Source of the DNA: Nemertoderma westbladi
Lineage: Eukaryota; Animalia; Xenacoelomorpha
Assembly (NCBI GenBank): GCA_032718475.1
Contig: JAUCBJ010004059.1
Span: 1-64,000, forward strand
DNA length: 64,000 nucleotides
Direction of reading: 5' to 3'
Both the position numbers and the translations under genes were made by a program. A model generated the notes under the pieces. That model was not told where the DNA came from, searched no databases, and worked only from the letters and a program-made list of their open reading frames with translations. Of the stretch, positions 47,237 through 60,236 are shown in pieces. Positions within the stretch are counted from its first letter, which is position 1. The number at the start of each line of letters is the position of its first letter.

Positions 47237-49950
47237 TTAAATATAATTTAGAATATGTCGTTTATATGACTTTGAGAATGAGTTTTTAGAGTTTTTGATC
47301 TTGATTTCAGAGGGAACCGAGTTCCAGATGGTTGGGCCCTGATAACGGATAGAGCATTGGGAGGAATCTAATCTAACTAAAGGGACGATGAAGCCAAAAG
47401 GGACAGCCAAGCGGGTAGAATATCCATGAGAGATTTTTTTTAAATAATTTACCGATGGGGGAGGTTGGAAGAATAGTGTTATTATTTGCGTCGTACATAA
47501 GTAAGGCGGTTTGATGTTTGTATAGAAGGTCAATGGGTAAAATAGATAACGATTTGTAAATAGGGTAGGATGATGAACGGCTGTGAGAAAATGTAATACA
47601 ACGAATTATTTTATTAATTTTGGTACGTAGGGGTTTAAGCGTAGAATGGGTTTTTCCCCAAATGAAGATACCATATAATAGATAGGGGTGGATAAGGGAA
47701 AAATATAGTTGGCGTAAGATATTTAATGGAAAAATGTATCTGAGTTTAGAGAATAAACCACCGGTTTTGGAGATTTTATAAATTATTGAATTAATATGTG
47801 ACTTCCAGCAAAGTTTATTATCAACCGAAATACCTAAAAATATTGTTGAGATTTTAAAATCGATAGGAGTATTATTTATTTGAATTTTAAGATCTGTGGG
47901 GTTAAAACGTTTGTTAGAAAGGATAGTATATTCAGTTTTGGTTAGATTTAAGGAGAGTTTGTTATCAGACAACCAATCAGAAAGGGTGTTGAGTTCAGAG
48001 TTAACATTGTCGCTTAGTAGAGGTAAGTTCGAACAAGTGGCGTATAGAGTAGTGTCATCGGCAAAGAGCGTAGTGAAAAGTCGGGTAGCGTTTGGGAGGT
48101 CGTTAATGTAAAGGAGGAATAGGAGGGGGGACAAGGTGGCGCCTTGAGGTACGCCGGTGTTTAGAGGAAGGTAGGATGATGTATTATTTCCAATAGAAAC
48201 GCATTGGGAGCGAGCAGAGAGATAGCTGGAAAATAATTGTAGAGGTAGGCAGCGGATACCATAGCAGGAGAGTTTTTGGAGAAGTATATCGTGGTTAATT
48301 GTGTCGAACGCTTTTTTTAGATCAATATATATTACACAGGAATAATTTTTATTGTCGAGGTACTGGTGTAAATTTTCAATGACGGATAGCAGGGCATGAG
48401 AGGCGGAAACCAGGAAACTTGGGGCGGAAACCATATTGGCAGGATGAAAGGATCGATAATTTATGTATGTAGGAGAGAAGCTGCGAGTTAATTAATTGTT
48501 CAAAAATTTTACTAAGAATTGGCAAGAGAGAGATGGGACGGTAATTATTTCGATCGCAGTGTTCACCTGATTTAAAAACTGGGATAACTTTGGCGTTTTT
48601 TAAAGTGTCCGGGAAAAAACCGTGGGAAATAGATATATTAAAGAGATAACTTAGGATATCAGATAATTGCTTAGCAGCTAGAATAAATAAGCGAGTTGGA
48701 AAAGGGTCATTGGAGGCAGTGTGTGGGTCTAGTTGTAGTAGTTTATATTCAACTTCAATAGGACAGGTTTCGATTAACGAGAAAGAATTGCGATGTGGGG
48801 TTTATGTGGCGAGTTGGTCTGCGTGGTGAAGAGGGAATTGTACTAGCTACAGTAGTGATTGGCCAATAGTGGAAAAGTGTTGATTGAATAGATCTGTTAT
48901 AGAAGTTGGGTCAGTAATTGTTTCAGTAGAAAGATCAGTTTTAACAGTGAGTTTAGTTGGGAATTTGGAGGAGTTGTTTCTATTTAGCGCCGAATTTATT
49001 ATAATCCACGTTTTTTTAATGTTACCGGCATTTTCTTGGAACTGTCTGGTGTAGTATTTTTTCTCAGCTGTGCGGAGAATAGAGGTTAATTTATTTCTGT
49101 AAACTGTAAAATTCTTGTGATTGCTGGAAGTGGGATTTTTAATGTGATGTTTTAATGTTAATGTTAGTGAATATATGGTCGATTAGTGTTTCAGAGTGAT
49201 TGGTGCGGTTGGATAATTCAGAATGAAAAATTCGAGTGGGTTTGTTAATCAGTTGTACGAAGCCGTACGAAGACATTAGGTCGACATAGGAAGAGGAATC
49301 AGTGTTCGGTTTAAGTAAGTTAATATTCATGTCCCCGGTTATAATAATGTCAAGGTTATTTTTTGTAAATTTAGAAAGTGTAGAGTCAAGTAAGGATAGA
49401 AAGTCAGCGTGAACAATGGTGTCAGGGCGATATATTGTACCAATTATAAGAGGTTTGGAATTACGGGGACGGTTAATTTTAACCAAAGTGCTGTCGAGCC
49501 CAGCCATCTGAATATCTGGATAATCGCTGATTTCAAGATTATTTGATACAAAAATAGCAGTACCACCTCGGTTTAATTTTATTCCATACGAACGATTGGT
49601 TAAAATTGGGTCTTGGTATCCAGCAATTTTGATGAGTTCAAGCAGAGAGTGGTCGGCTGTAAGGAAAGTTTCAGAAAAAGTTAGTACATCAAATTTTAAT
49701 TTCAGAGATAAAAGAAAATCTAATAATGCTGAATGATTTTTAGGTAAAGAGCGGCAGTTTAGGTGAATAATTTTTATAGACGAGCCTTTTTTTAATAATC
49801 TGTAATAATCTTTATTAATCTGCTGCTCAGTGCAGGTTCCTTTGTCATGGTTTATATTATTTAAATTTGAATGAGGATCGAGGTGACTAAAAGTTTGGCT
49901 GAGAATGTCAGACTCCAGGAAGGTAGAACTGGCTGAACAAAAAATATCAA
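47237..49950 (-). mobile_element. Degenerate L2/Crack-like LINE ORF2 (endonuclease plus RT, several frameshifts)
   Basis: IHLNCRSL, FSETFL, IYRP, GDMNINLL, LIDHIFTN, DLKKAFD, GVPQG and FADDT; related to 42515-44150 (shared LRYIFPLNILR). Confidence 0.88.
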
Positions 49951-51157
49951 GATCGGATGACGGAACTGAAAAAATGGAAATATTTCAAGAGAACAAAAAT
50001 TACAAAATAAATTAGTGGGTCTGGACACAACTTCCTGCAGGGTGAGATACGTTCCACATTGGTAGTGATAGTAGTTGCAGCATATTGCACACCGGACAGA
50101 TTGGTTTGAATAAACAAAAGGGGAGAATCAAAACGCACAAGAGGAATGGGATTCGGGCATAAAAAATAAAGACTGGTTGAATTTAAGTAAACAGAAAGCA
50201 CCAAATTGATAAGCTAGCGCCACTGATTGCACTGTACCATTAGTAATAAAGCACACCCACAAGCAAATAACAAACAGAACGTGATTTGCACAAGTTATCT
50301 AGACCATTTTATACACCAAAAGGGATAGAGAAGTGTCATTCAGGGACCTTTAGAGTTCTTAAGGGTAAAGTTAAAATTTTCGTATATTTTAGATAGCATT
50401 TCCTTTCTTCATTCCCTCATTGTATGTCAAAATAAATAAAATACTTTGTTCACTATATTCCTCCTGAAATTAAAACAAACAAAACAACGTTTTAGCAATT
50501 TTATAAAGAAGGGGTCCTCCAGATGACAATGGGTCGCCCTATTCGAAGGAGAAATAACGTGCTTTTCAAATATACAACAAGATCGCGCGTTTTCAACAAT
50601 AACTTGATGAGTTTGAGAAAAGATAGAAACAGATCAGGAAAAAAGTGCAGGCCGAAAGTGTTCAGGACCGGTTCAAATCCCTAAAAATGTTAATCTCATT
50701 TATTTTGGGTTAAAACGTGGGATTCGACTGATTTCAGTAGCAGAAAAGATAATAATTATGTTAAATCGCATCAAGTTTCTTAAAGGTGTAGAGATAATTA
50801 TTATGTCTGCTTGGCAACAACCAGAATGGTTTCCACAAATGTATTCTTATATGCCAAGGACAAGCTGTCGGCTGTCATTATGTTGTAGTTTGTAGACATA
50901 TTTTTAAGGCATAGTCTGTTTTGGATCAGAAAACTATCTAGTAAGAAAAAATAACGTCATTCATAAACATAAATCATTTATTAATATTTAAATAAAACTT
51001 ATAAACTATTAATACATTTTAATGTGAAAATTTAATTCGAAAAATGATCGTAACAATATATCATGACAGTTTAACGGCCCTATCTCTAAGATTATACAAA
51101 ATATGTACAAACATCTTATTGCAGCTCCCATAAACGACAGACCTCCTACACTCCCCC

Positions 51158-51484
51158 CTACTCCCCACCACCCCCAGTCTCTCCCACCCCACCAACCACA
51201 GTCTCTCCCACCCCACCAACCCCAGTCTCTCCCACCCTCTCTTCACTCCCAACAATGTTCTCCTTTATTCTCGTATGAACGTAACTCCTTATCATATCGA
51301 TAGTCCTGGCTTCCAACCACCCGGTCACTGGGTGACAGGAGTCACCTTCCATCCCGTCATTCATCGCCACCATCTCCCGCACCCGGTCCAGTAGAATGTC
51401 GCACAACTGGTAGACAAAGAAGCGTTGCATGGGGACCGTATCCGGGTAGAAGTAAACGAGAGATTCCGCGACCTCGTCGCTAAG
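51158..51484 (-). CDS. GTF3C5: TFIIIC subunit 5, exon 2
   Basis: Acceptor CTTTAG|CTT; VYFYPDTVPMQRFFVYQLCDI...NDG..CHPVTGWL. Confidence 0.82.
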   Translation of the reverse strand, partial: LSDEVAESLVYFYPDTVPMQRFFVYQLCDILLDRVREMVAMNDGMEGDSCHPVTGWLEARTIDMIRSYVHTRIKENIVGSEERVGETGVGGVGETVVGGVGETGGGGE

Positions 51485-51830
51485 CTAAAGATAAAGTTAA
51501 ACATTAAACAGGCGATCTAATATATTATTTAAAATTAAAAGAAATAATAATAAAACAAATCAAATAAAAAACAGAGTCATAGGGGAGGGGGGTGCGAAAA
51601 GGAAATTAATTTATTGTTTTGGGTATAAACACTAAACAGTGTCACTCTAACCTGTTCCTTTCTTACAATTTCGAAAAAATAGAGAAAGAATAGCGAAAAA
51701 ATACCCTAAAATATTTAAAACTTAAAATTTATATTTTTTGTACCCACCGCCCTTTTACCCTAATAATACCTTGTAGAAAAGAGTCTATCATGCAATAATT
51801 TAGAAACTGAAAGTAATATGAATCGTTTAC

Positions 51831-52976
51831 CTTAACGCCCCGACTGGAGACTCCCGGCTGCCCAGGCGACTGGTTCTGCCCGAATATGGAGCCGATAAAT
51901 ACGGACCTCCGGGTGGCCACGTTGTTTCGCTGTGTTACGAACTGGTGCTCCAGGTGGCGAGTCACTTTAAGATGGACCGAGGCGAACTCGTCTCCCTTGA
52001 GACGGAAATCGACCTTCTGGTAGATCTTGGCGGACTTCTCCTTGGAAGGATCGAACCCGAATCGGATCCATAAGGTGCGCCAAGGGCCGGAACTCATGTA
52101 GAAGGCGAGGCAGGGGAGGATGTTCTTGAGTTTGTGTTGGTGGAGGCCGGTTCGTAGGGTTATAGCGGCTCGCGACCAGATTGGGCGCTCCGTGAAGGCC
52201 TCGTGGAGAGTCGATAAATCCGCGGTGCAACCGGCGGGAGGGAAGGAGACCTTGGGAGGGGGGTGAGTCGGGACCGGGTCGCCCAGGGCTACCGAGACCG
52301 CGTGCGAGACGCGAGAACGACGGGTAGAAGCCACGGAACCGTCGGCGCCCGGGTAGTAGTCGGCGCCGGTCGCGGTCTGCGGGGTCTGTCGGAAGAACGA
52401 CGGCTGTGGTTTACCGGAACGAGAGAAGATAGGAGGAGGGAGGAACAAAGGAACCGTTCTACTCGCGAGGAAGTTAGGAGTCATTATACCACGCAGAGTA
52501 ATGTCCGGGAGAATGTCCGTGTATTTGTCGTCCGATTGTCGTACTACAGGTAAATACTGAAAGTCTGACATACTGCTGAACCGGTATGTACCTTCTACTC
52601 TACCTACCAGCTCGTAATTTAAAAGAACAGGGTTTTCCGAGGAGTTTTTCTTGCGTTTTGTGCGGATTTTTATGAGAACGGAGTGTTTGGAGACCGGGTC
52701 GCCGGACAGACTGTGGCAGAACGGGTCGGCCGGACGGAATTTAATCTCGAGTCGTCGGTTGGCGTCGGAGGCAACCATGGTTAGTTGATCGATTCCGCCC
52801 ATCGTCGCCAGGGCGCGCTCCTCGTTCTGTACTATCGCCGGGTATTCCACGCAGATAACGGGCGCTGGAGGGGGCCCTGTCGCGTTGGTTGCGTACGTGT
52901 AAGTAGGGACGCTTGTTGTCACGGAAAACACCGGGGTTGCACCGGTACCGGTAGATGAATTGCATTGTGAATCCAT
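51831..52976 (-). CDS. GTF3C5: General transcription factor IIIC subunit 5 (Tau95/Sfc1 family), exon 1; spliced protein about 490 aa
   Basis: CVEYPAIV..ALATMGG, FRPADPFCH, FSSMSDFQY, LPPPIFSR, ERPIWSR, GPWRTLWIRFGFDP and YQKVDFR; donor AAG|GTAAAC, phase 0. Confidence 0.92.
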
Positions 52977-53614
52977 CTTGATTTAAATGGTACAGGCTGA
53001 CAGGTGAGCGTGAGCCAAGGCCGAGCAGATCTTCGGTCTTTACAGTACCGCAGTCAGGCAGTACACTGTGCACTGGTACATTACCGGTAAGTAGGCCTAG
53101 TACAGTTGTAGTAGGCACAAGGGGGTGTAGGCCTACAAGAAGACTACAAAAACAGAAAAATAATATTAAATAAAAAAATGGTTTTTTTAATCATTAATAA
53201 AGTAGGAATATATCCATTTTCTAGAAAAGAAAGATCAAGAGTCCCCGAATTCTGTAGGTATTCAGGTATTTCCAAAACCCTTCGGTCAACCTCAATCTGT
53301 TAATCTGTATTTCTTCAGAGCCGGTGATTCCGGACGATTTAAGGATGCCACTATCATCTTACTTTATTTTACTGAAATAATAATTGCATTACAGTAGTAG
53401 AGATACTACATGATTGGAATGTAGTAGAGGTAATATTTTTATAGCAAATATATTTTCATAGGATATACTGTACGGTGCTATTGGAGATTGCTAAAGGTAT
53501 GCCTTTAGTAGTTTTTTTTACTGTACCTAACGATTTTGAGTTTTGAATATCAGCCGGTAGATTGTTCCGTACTTTACTGACTGATATGATATGTAATAAA
53601 TAGTTACTTATTTA

Positions 53615-54510
53615 CACCATGACCCGTAATATAGTGTCATTTTCTGAATGACACGGACACCCCCCAAATTTTTCTACAAATCTTCATCAAATTGCTTGAA
53701 ATTGGAAACACAACTACTAGTTTAACTCACCGTGGTTGTTACCATGAAGCCGGAATTTTCGATTTCGCTTTTAAATTTTATTTATAAGTGTTTTAAAAAA
53801 GTGTCTTTTTCGAAATCGCACCCTCTGTATCATTGCCATTCTTCACTTTAGTCGTAATTTTTTCACATCAATAGAAAGCTTGCGTTGAAAGGATTCCAAA
53901 TATGTAGCAATATCTGAATTTCATTGAGAAACAGCTGAGAAATAGGCGTTTAAAGATTGCAAGAATTATTGTTCGCCGCAAGCCATTTATTCTATTTAAT
54001 AAATACACAAAATTCTAGAACGTGTTATTTATTTTATGAGTTGGTAGGCAACAGCGGTATGCCTATACAATATCTATATTGCATAGCTAATCATTCATAA
54101 ACAAATTGTTCCAGAATATTGTGTATTTATTAAATAGAATAAATGGTCTGCAGTGAACAATAATTCTTGCAATCTTTGAGTGCCCATTTCTCAGCTGTTT
54201 CTCAACGAAATTCAGACATTGTTACATATTTGGAATCCTTGCAACGCAAGCTTTCTATTGATATGAAAAAATTACGACTAAAGTGAAGAATGGCCACGAT
54301 ACGGAGGGTGCGATTTCGGTGCTTTTTTTTAAAACGCTTATGAATAAAATTTAAAGGCGAAATCGAAAATTCCGGCTTCATGGTAACAACCACGGTGAGT
54401 GGAACTAGTTGTGTTTCAAATTTCAAGCAATATGATAAAGATTTGTAAAAAAATTTGGGGGGGGGGGGTCCGTGTATTGAGAAAATGACACTATATTACG
54501 GGTCATGGTG
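53615..54510. mobile_element. Near-palindromic Tc1/mariner-type MITE with TA TSD
   Basis: TA|CACCATGACCCGTAATATAG...CTATATTACGGGTCATGGTG|TA, arms of about 400 bp. Confidence 0.85.
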
Positions 54511-54584
54511 TAATTAGAAATTATTTCTGAATAACAAATACTTTTTTTATCAGACTGTGACTACCTTTAATTATTACATTGAAA

Positions 54585-54685
54585 GATAGAGTTTCACCTC
54601 CCTCCTCCTTGCTGGGTGAGCCAGAATCTTTATTATTGGCTTTCATTCTTTAGCTACAAGTGTTTGAAAAAGGTGTCTCCGTCGA
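54585..54685. repeat. Dispersed repeat with an inverted copy at about 59050-59160
   Basis: TTTCACCTCCCTCCTCCTT...GCTTTCATTCTTTAGCTAC versus its reverse complement. Confidence 0.7.
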
Positions 54686-56399
54686 TATTGCACCAGTATG
54701 TTGATATCCGTTGTTTTGTTAAACATCTCGATGTCTCTTGGTGTGAAACTCCCTCACCACGAGGATAATAAGTCTGAGGCTGATGCGTTCCTGGATGTTG
54801 CCAAGCGACTTGCGTCCTGAATTTGAATTTAATTTGAATTTGTTTAATTAATTAAAGACCATATCCGGAACACACATTACAGTAAAATAAACAACTTAAT
54901 CAGAGTAAAATAATACAATATAAACAACAATTAATATATAAGTTAGATATATGAACTTTAGAGATTTAATATTAATTATTAGATTTAAAGATATTTAGAC
55001 GTCTTTACGTAAGATTTCTGATTTATAGGCTAATTAAAATATAACGCAAATAGTTTTCCGACCATTCTTGTTGTTAGCACCATCGGCTCCTAAAGTAAGT
55101 ATCTATTAAGTTCTAAAATAAAATAAATTGGATTAGTTCCACCAAGTTTGCATTAATCAAGTAGTCAATGCACTGAATGTCACACTACCATGCACAATGT
55201 CTATTAATTAATAAAATATTTAATATTTGCAGATCCGATCGGTTATATTTTTAGATTAATTTATTCATAGTTAATTACGAATAAATTAAAATAAAAAATT
55301 TAAATCAAATTTAAGTTAAACCATGTAAATAATTTTTATTCCAAAATTGTAACATTACTCAACGCCGTTAGTATTAACAGCGAGTTGTTATTTTTAGCAC
55401 TTTACAATTTTAGAGGACATTACAGCATTCTATTGGCCTGTACAATTAGTATTGTATTTGGTGTTTGTTATTGTTTACGTGACGACGCAAGACGACGTTA
55501 AGTAATGTCCACTAAGGGGACATAACTTAACGCCGTCATTGGTTACCACGTAAACATTATGTGGTACAGTATTTGCCTGACAGCCAGATAGGCCTTCTGC
55601 ATTACCTACCGGTAGGCGGGGTATAGCTATTTATAACCAGTAGCTATAAACTATTAGCATGGCTCCAAACGCCACCATAAATATAAGCTAACTTATTTAT
55701 AACATAATTTATGTCATTTTTACAATTATTTATACAGCAACTAATATAATTTGTGCAGTTTCTATCACATATAATGTAAATGTACAATCATTTCGTAATG
55801 TTAAAATTTTGGAATAAAACTACATACATAATTGATGCCAAGTACTTTACAGTGTTCTGATCCTCGTGGCTTTATTTTCACTGACTCACTAACGTTCGTT
55901 CGTGTAACAAAGCCACTTGGATCATCACACTGTAAAGTGCTACTTTACACACAAGTATGTAAATAGTTATTTTAAAACGTATTGTGTGATTTGGCAATGT
56001 CATAGATTAATAATGAAATATTCGTTTAGTTGTCCTGTTGTCATTAAAATTTATGACAATACAATATAAATACATTAGAAAGACTTACGAGTTAATTATG
56101 AATAAATATTTAAAATAACATTCTAACTAAGTATCTTACATTAATTACATTAGTTAATTATGAATAAATATATAAAATATAAAATAACATTCTAAAACGT
56201 ATCAATGATCAATATCATATAATATAAGAAAAAGTGGCGCCTGTAGTGAGGGAGCCATATCTTGATCAAAATGAAGCGTGCAAACTATAAAATATAATGT
56301 TAATGATTAATAAATATTTAATTATCAGGGTCTCTTATAAACGTATGATGTTTCCATTGAATTATTCCACGAACCGGTGCACCATTGTAGGAGATCGAC

Positions 56400-57600
56400 A
56401 CCATCGAGACCTTTCTTGAACAGGTTAAGCTATTGTGCGCGCTACTGATTCTGGAAGGGAGTTCCACAAATCCAGCCGTTGAACAGAGAAATAGCTAGAA
56501 AAGCTAGCCCGGTTGGATTGAGGTATGTGAAGCTTTCGGGGATGTCCACATGTGCGAGTTGATGCGAGTGTAAAAAATCGGTTGACAATTAGAGGAGTCA
56601 ACCCGGATAACATTTTGTACATTAGAATTAGATCAGCAGCAATCCACCGTTCCTCCAATGGTTTTAAACCGCATATCTTTAGTCTATCTCTGTAGGCGCA
56701 TCCATATAGCCCAGGGAGACATCGTGTGAAGTCCCTTTGAACTTTCTCCACTATGTTTATGTCGCGATCGCATCGATATCGGGGCTGGGGCACCATATAA
56801 TTGAATTATGTTCAAGAATTGGACGTCCGAAAGTGCAATAAAGATCGCAAAGAAATGCAATATCCCGATGTCCGAAAGCTCGCTTGATTTGGAAGCAAAC
56901 TCGCCGTGACTTTCTTGTAATGAAGGATACATGCTCAGAGAAGTGGAGGTCTGCAGAAACAATGATCCCAAGATCACGTTCAAAAGGCGTGGTTCCATTT
57001 ATTGTGTAGGTTCGCATATTATTCTGAGTTGATGGTTGTGCAGTGAGACACAGGAACACTTTGTGAGGTTCAAATCCATTTGCCTGACCAATCAAAGAGT
57101 TTGTTTACATCAGATTGCAGAGCTGTGTAGTCAGATAGCCCTGTAATAGCTCGATATAACTTTGTCTATCAGCAAATTCTTTGTCGCCTGTACCTGGTGA
57201 AATGGCGTCAGTTGAGTCTCCCATATGCATAAGAAAACATGTGGTAGCTAAAATGCTACCTTGGGGAACACTACTCGTCACGTCACACTTCGTAGATAGT
57301 ACCCCATCAACTCTGGTTCGCTGAGTCCGTCCAGATAGAAATGCAGATATCCATTGGAGTAGTTGGCCTTGTATACCATAGCTCCCGATTTTTGTAAGTA
57401 ACTTTGGGTGGGTAACTCTGTCAAAAGCTCTCTTGTAGTCAGTATATATAATGTCCACAGGCGACCCATTATTACGTGCTTCATACTAATCCAGGGTACT
57501 CTCTAACATCTGAACATATATGTGATAGTGTTGATCTCCGTCTAAGAAATCCATGTTGATTTTTATTGATGGCATTGTTTTCAAGCAAGTATCTAATTAG
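56400..57600 (-). mobile_element. Degenerate CR1-like LINE RT fragment
   Basis: NQHGFLRRRST, DYKRAFD, SVPQGS, RDLG and EKVQRDFTR across frameshifts. Confidence 0.85.
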
Positions 57601-58284
57601 TTCACGGCGAATAAAAATAAAGTGTCTAACTACGCGTTGGCCTACGCACAGGTCGAAAAGATTTACCTCCGGTCCGGTCGGTTTCCCTGTAATTTTTTCT
57701 CCCATTATTGCTAATATAATTTTTACTCTCTACAAAGAAATCCACTCCTTATAATAAATCTAAAAATAGTTAATTTATTATTATATTACAGTACAAACGC
57801 AAATTTAGCTTTTAAAAACGCTCTCAAGATCAGTACAGAAGTGAAGTAGGTACCCCTACACGCCTACAGCCCTACCATGGGCCCCCGCCCTGGTACCGGG
57901 CCCAGTGCAGCAGTGCGCAGTCTGGTTTGCCAGTCCAAGTACCGTCCACAAGTCAGCAAGTAGTACAGCGCTGTACAGTAAGTAGTCCAGTAGTCTGGCT
58001 GGTAGTAGGCATGCTTGCCTTAGTCTGTTAGTAATCTGGTAATTGAATAGGTCTACTTCCAGCCTGACTTCCAGTTCCAGACTGTACTACAGTACCGGTA
58101 CTGCAGTACGGTATAACAGTATAATACTGTAATACAGTAATAACCTGATACAGTCTGACAGCTGGACAGTGATATCTGGATAATGGTCCCTTAAAATGCT
58201 GAAATGTAAAACCCACAATCAGTCAGTCTGTCAGTCAGTCAGTGGTAAAATAAAAATAGAAACTTCTAAATAAATAATCTGATA

Positions 58285-58950
58285 ATGGCGGGTGCTGATA
58301 AAATTGACCTCATTTCTAACGAAGAGGAATACCCGCAAACAAAAGAAAAAGAGGAAAAATACAGCGATATTAATCCAAACATAAACCACACAGACAAAGA
58401 CTCTAGTAGTACCGAGAGCGGTACCAACACTGACTCGTCATCGGTAACCGAGGAAACGACCAATCCCAACAAGCTCGCGGGAATATTCGTCACGTCGTTC
58501 CACACTAAACTAGGCAACACGTTGGACTGGTACAAACTCGCACCGGGGTACGAAACAACTAATCTCATCGACGGATCGATCGAGTTCAAAGCGCTGCCCT
58601 CCGGTGGACACAACGTCCAGTCGGATTTCGTCTACTTCCGGCACGAGAGACTCTACGGACTCGCGTGTTTCCGTAACCTCAGGGTTGACACGGAGACCGA
58701 ACGCGGTCTACGGACCAGGTCTGTGGGTGTTCTCGCCCCTAACTACAACGTACTCTACCGCTACTTGGACTTTCTAGACGGACAAGTAGGTCGGCAGTTA
58801 GCCAACCCCGGTAACTTCGACCATCTCAGTTGTTTCTTCGATTATAACATGTTGGATAAACCGACGGATGTTGAGATTACAGACAGTGCAATAATACCAG
58901 TAGCCACGGATACCGGAACATATAACTCATATGAGGATGAAGTTGAGAAT
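58285..58950 (+). CDS. DENND11: DENN domain-containing protein 11 (KIAA1147/LCHN), exon 1
   Basis: IFVTSFHTKLGN, IEFKALPSGGH, SDFVYF, YGLACF and ERG.RTRSVGVL; donor AAT|GTGAGT. Confidence 0.88.
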
Positions 58951-59294
58951 GTGAGTTCATAAAAATTTGTATTTTGGATCATTTGATTAAATATTTTTTC
59001 AGCCCAATGTCTGTTTTATAGGCCAACGGATATAATTATTGAGATCAATATCGACAGAGACAGCTTTTTCAAACGCTTGTAGGTAGCTAAAGAATGAAAG
59101 CGAAAATAAAATATGTTAGCTCACCCATTAAGCAAAGGAGGAGGGAGGTGAAACTATCTCTGTTTCAAATTTCATGCAATCTCATTAAGGACTCTTTTTC
59201 CTATAAACACAACATTAAATAAGTCTATTATTTATACCGGTATTGAGAAATAGGCCTATTTAGTATATTTAATATTACGAATATTTCCCCATAG

Positions 59295-59549
59295 ATACAT
59301 TGCCCCTCCGGTATTTACAAACAATTCATTGAATTCTTCCGAGAACAAACTTTCCTGCTATGGAAACTCTCCCTGCTGAACCAACGGATCCTATTCGTGG
59401 CCCCACCGCCCATCGGCGCCGTTTGCCACAGAGTCTACTGCTGCGCGAACCTGGGCAAACATTCCGTGCCCAACCTGCCGCCTAGGAAGGGGCGACTTCA
59501 TCCATGGTTCTATATCAATGTCGCAGATATAGATACTATAAGGAATCAG
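59295..59549 (+). CDS. DENND11: DENND11 exon 2
   Basis: CCCCATAG|ATA; FIEFFREQTFLLWK...RILFVAPPPIGAVCHRVYCC...FYINVADI; donor CAG|GTTAGT. Confidence 0.88.
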
Positions 59550-59574
59550 GTTAGTAAAATATATTGAATATCTC

Positions 59575-59713
59575 GCTCTGGAGGTCGTGGGTTCGACCCC
59601 TGTGGGGGCCAGGGCGAATGCTTTAAAAGGACTAGCATCCTTAAATGGTAGCTAAATGAGTACCAGTTTACTTTGGGGGGTATAGTTCTGGGGGGACCGC
59701 ACTGGAAATAAGT
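59575..59713 (+). mobile_element. Truncated copy of the SINE at 9-285, in a DENND11 intron
   Basis: GGTCGTGGGTTCGA...GCATCCTTAAATGGTAGCTAAATGAGTAC...GGGGACCGCACTGGAAATAAGT. Confidence 0.8.
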
Positions 59714-59819
59714 AAATACGTCTTTGATAATATTTTTCGCAACATATCTTTACTAATTAATTAAATTAACATTAAATAAATTCTAACTGCAACTTAACAG
59801 ACACCGATTATGTTTACAG

Positions 59820-60236
59820 AGGAGTTACGTTGCTTGTACCACTGAGAGAGTGTTCGATGGTAAAGTAGAACTCTACGACGCGATAGTAGACGGACAAACG
59901 ATAACCGTGGTGGATAAAACGCGGGAACAGATACTGAAAGTAAATAAAGCGGACATAACTAGATGGAAAGGGTTGCAGATTGAGTTGGAAGCCAACAGCG
60001 CATCCAAACACCCGATAGCGGAGGACACAGTGATCTGTAGGTACCTGGAGGACGCGAGTAACAGACTACTGGGGGAGTTCGACTCGGTTAGGGACTCGCC
60101 CGATATGGAGCTAACAGCTGCGGCCATACAGTCGGCCGGGTTGGATCCCAAGGCCGATAGAGTGTTTGTGTTGGCTCTACTCCAGAGTTACAGTATAGAC
60201 GCCATACTGGTTGTGGACAACCCATGTTGTCCATAA
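59820..60236 (+). CDS. DENND11: DENND11 exon 3; spliced protein about 445 aa
   Basis: TTTACAG|AGG; SYVACTTERVF..ELYD, GLDP.ADR.F and C-terminal DNPCCP. Confidence 0.9.
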   Translation, partial: RSYVACTTERVFDGKVELYDAIVDGQTITVVDKTREQILKVNKADITRWKGLQIELEANSASKHPIAEDTVICRYLEDASNRLLGEFDSVRDSPDMELTAAAIQSAGLDPKADRVFVLALLQSYSIDAILVVDNPCCP

